Source: a virus. Taken from it: 17,633 nucleotides of DNA. The notes under the pieces are model-generated. The model was not told where the DNA came from and did no database searches. It saw only the letters and a list, made by a program, of their open reading frames with translations. The translations under genes and the position numbers were made by a program. Position 1 is the first letter of the stretch; the number at the start of each line of letters is the position of its first letter. Of this stretch, positions 17,077-17,633 are shown in pieces. The DNA is taken from the UHGV virus genome UHGV-0171041; one strand, 5' to 3'.

Positions 17077-17583
17077 TTAATGCAGATATTGCTCTGGTTT
17101 TACCGACGTCAGAATTGTCGGTGCATACTCAAACAGACTGAATAATTCACGTAACGCACGGAATAAAGCATCACGCCAGTAACATGACTCTTCATTAATT
17201 CGCCAGTATGGCTGGTTAAATTCTTTTTCAGTCAATCCGGCATGCATAAATAAAGTACGGCGCTGACTGACTGTTAAAAAACTAATATATGCATACTCAC
17301 TTGCACCGACCTGACGGCGTTTTGAGAATGCCCCGCGCAGTTCATCAATTGCACAAACCAGCCGTTCACGTTCGACGTCGTTCATTTCTTCAAAACGCAT
17401 CGTTGCGTGACGCTGTTTTAACTGCGCATGGAAGCAAACCGTTAGCCGTTCACGTTCCATCATCTGATTATAATAATCGCATGTCTCCTGCCAGCGAGGG
17501 ACGGCCAGATGCTTACCAATTATCCGGCGCATAGCTGCTGGCTGTTTTTCAACGAGATTGAGCGTCATCACTGTCATTTCCAT
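17077..17583 (-). CDS. B: Replication protein gpB
   Basis: 168-aa ORF (MEMTVMTLNLVEKQPAAMRRIIGKHLAVPRWQ), size and position match P2 gpB (about 166 aa). True start may be the second ATG at 17577. Confidence 0.85.
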   Translation of the reverse strand: MEMTVMTLNLVEKQPAAMRRIIGKHLAVPRWQETCDYYNQMMERERLTVCFHAQLKQRHATMRFEEMNDVERERLVCAIDELRGAFSKRRQVGASEYAYISFLTVSQRRTLFMHAGLTEKEFNQPYWRINEESCYWRDALFRALRELFSLFEYAPTILTSVKPEQYLH

Positions 17584-17633
17584 ACCCTCCGGCTTTTCAG
17601 AAAGGTCAGAGCCTTTTTTAACGGACTCTGTTT

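Noticed and set aside
1-17633. Searched for CRISPR arrays, tRNA genes, integrase/att sites and insertion-sequence ends
   Set aside because: No direct-repeat/spacer arrays, no tRNA-like sequence noticed by eye, and no transposase or integrase ORF. The int-att region of a P2-like phage lies outside this window.

Overview
This window is a nearly collinear segment of a P2-like (Peduovirus-type) temperate phage, read in the opposite orientation to the conventional P2 map. On the minus strand it runs from the 5' end of a probable tail-fibre assembly gene, through tail fibre H, baseplate I-J-W-V, tail completion S-R, the lysis cassette (lysC/lysB/lysA/K/Y), X, and head genes L-M-N-O. A divergent late-promoter region follows, then terminase P and portal Q on the plus strand, a rho-independent terminator, and an exact match to the 19-nt P2 cohesive end. 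Beyond cos lie a short AT-rich island (about 38% GC against about 55% for the structural genes), replication gene A, four small early-operon ORFs and gene B. Because cos is internal with phage genes on both sides, this is an integrated prophage or circular form. The two places that depart from P2 as I recall it are the known variable loci: tail fibre H is short (394 aa) with a different C-terminus, and the cargo hotspot between cos and gene A, where P2 carries orf91-tin-old. Here that hotspot holds only one orphan 99-aa GTG-initiated ORF with a perfect AGGAGG Shine-Dalgarno, a plausible sigma-70 promoter, a downstream hairpin and an HEHIH motif. That ORF is the best candidate for an undescribed accessory function, but it is a single small gene, not a multi-gene system; it may simply be the counterpart of P2 orf91, which I cannot check without alignment. 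All protein identifications rest on my recollection of P2 protein sequences and gene order, not on a database search.
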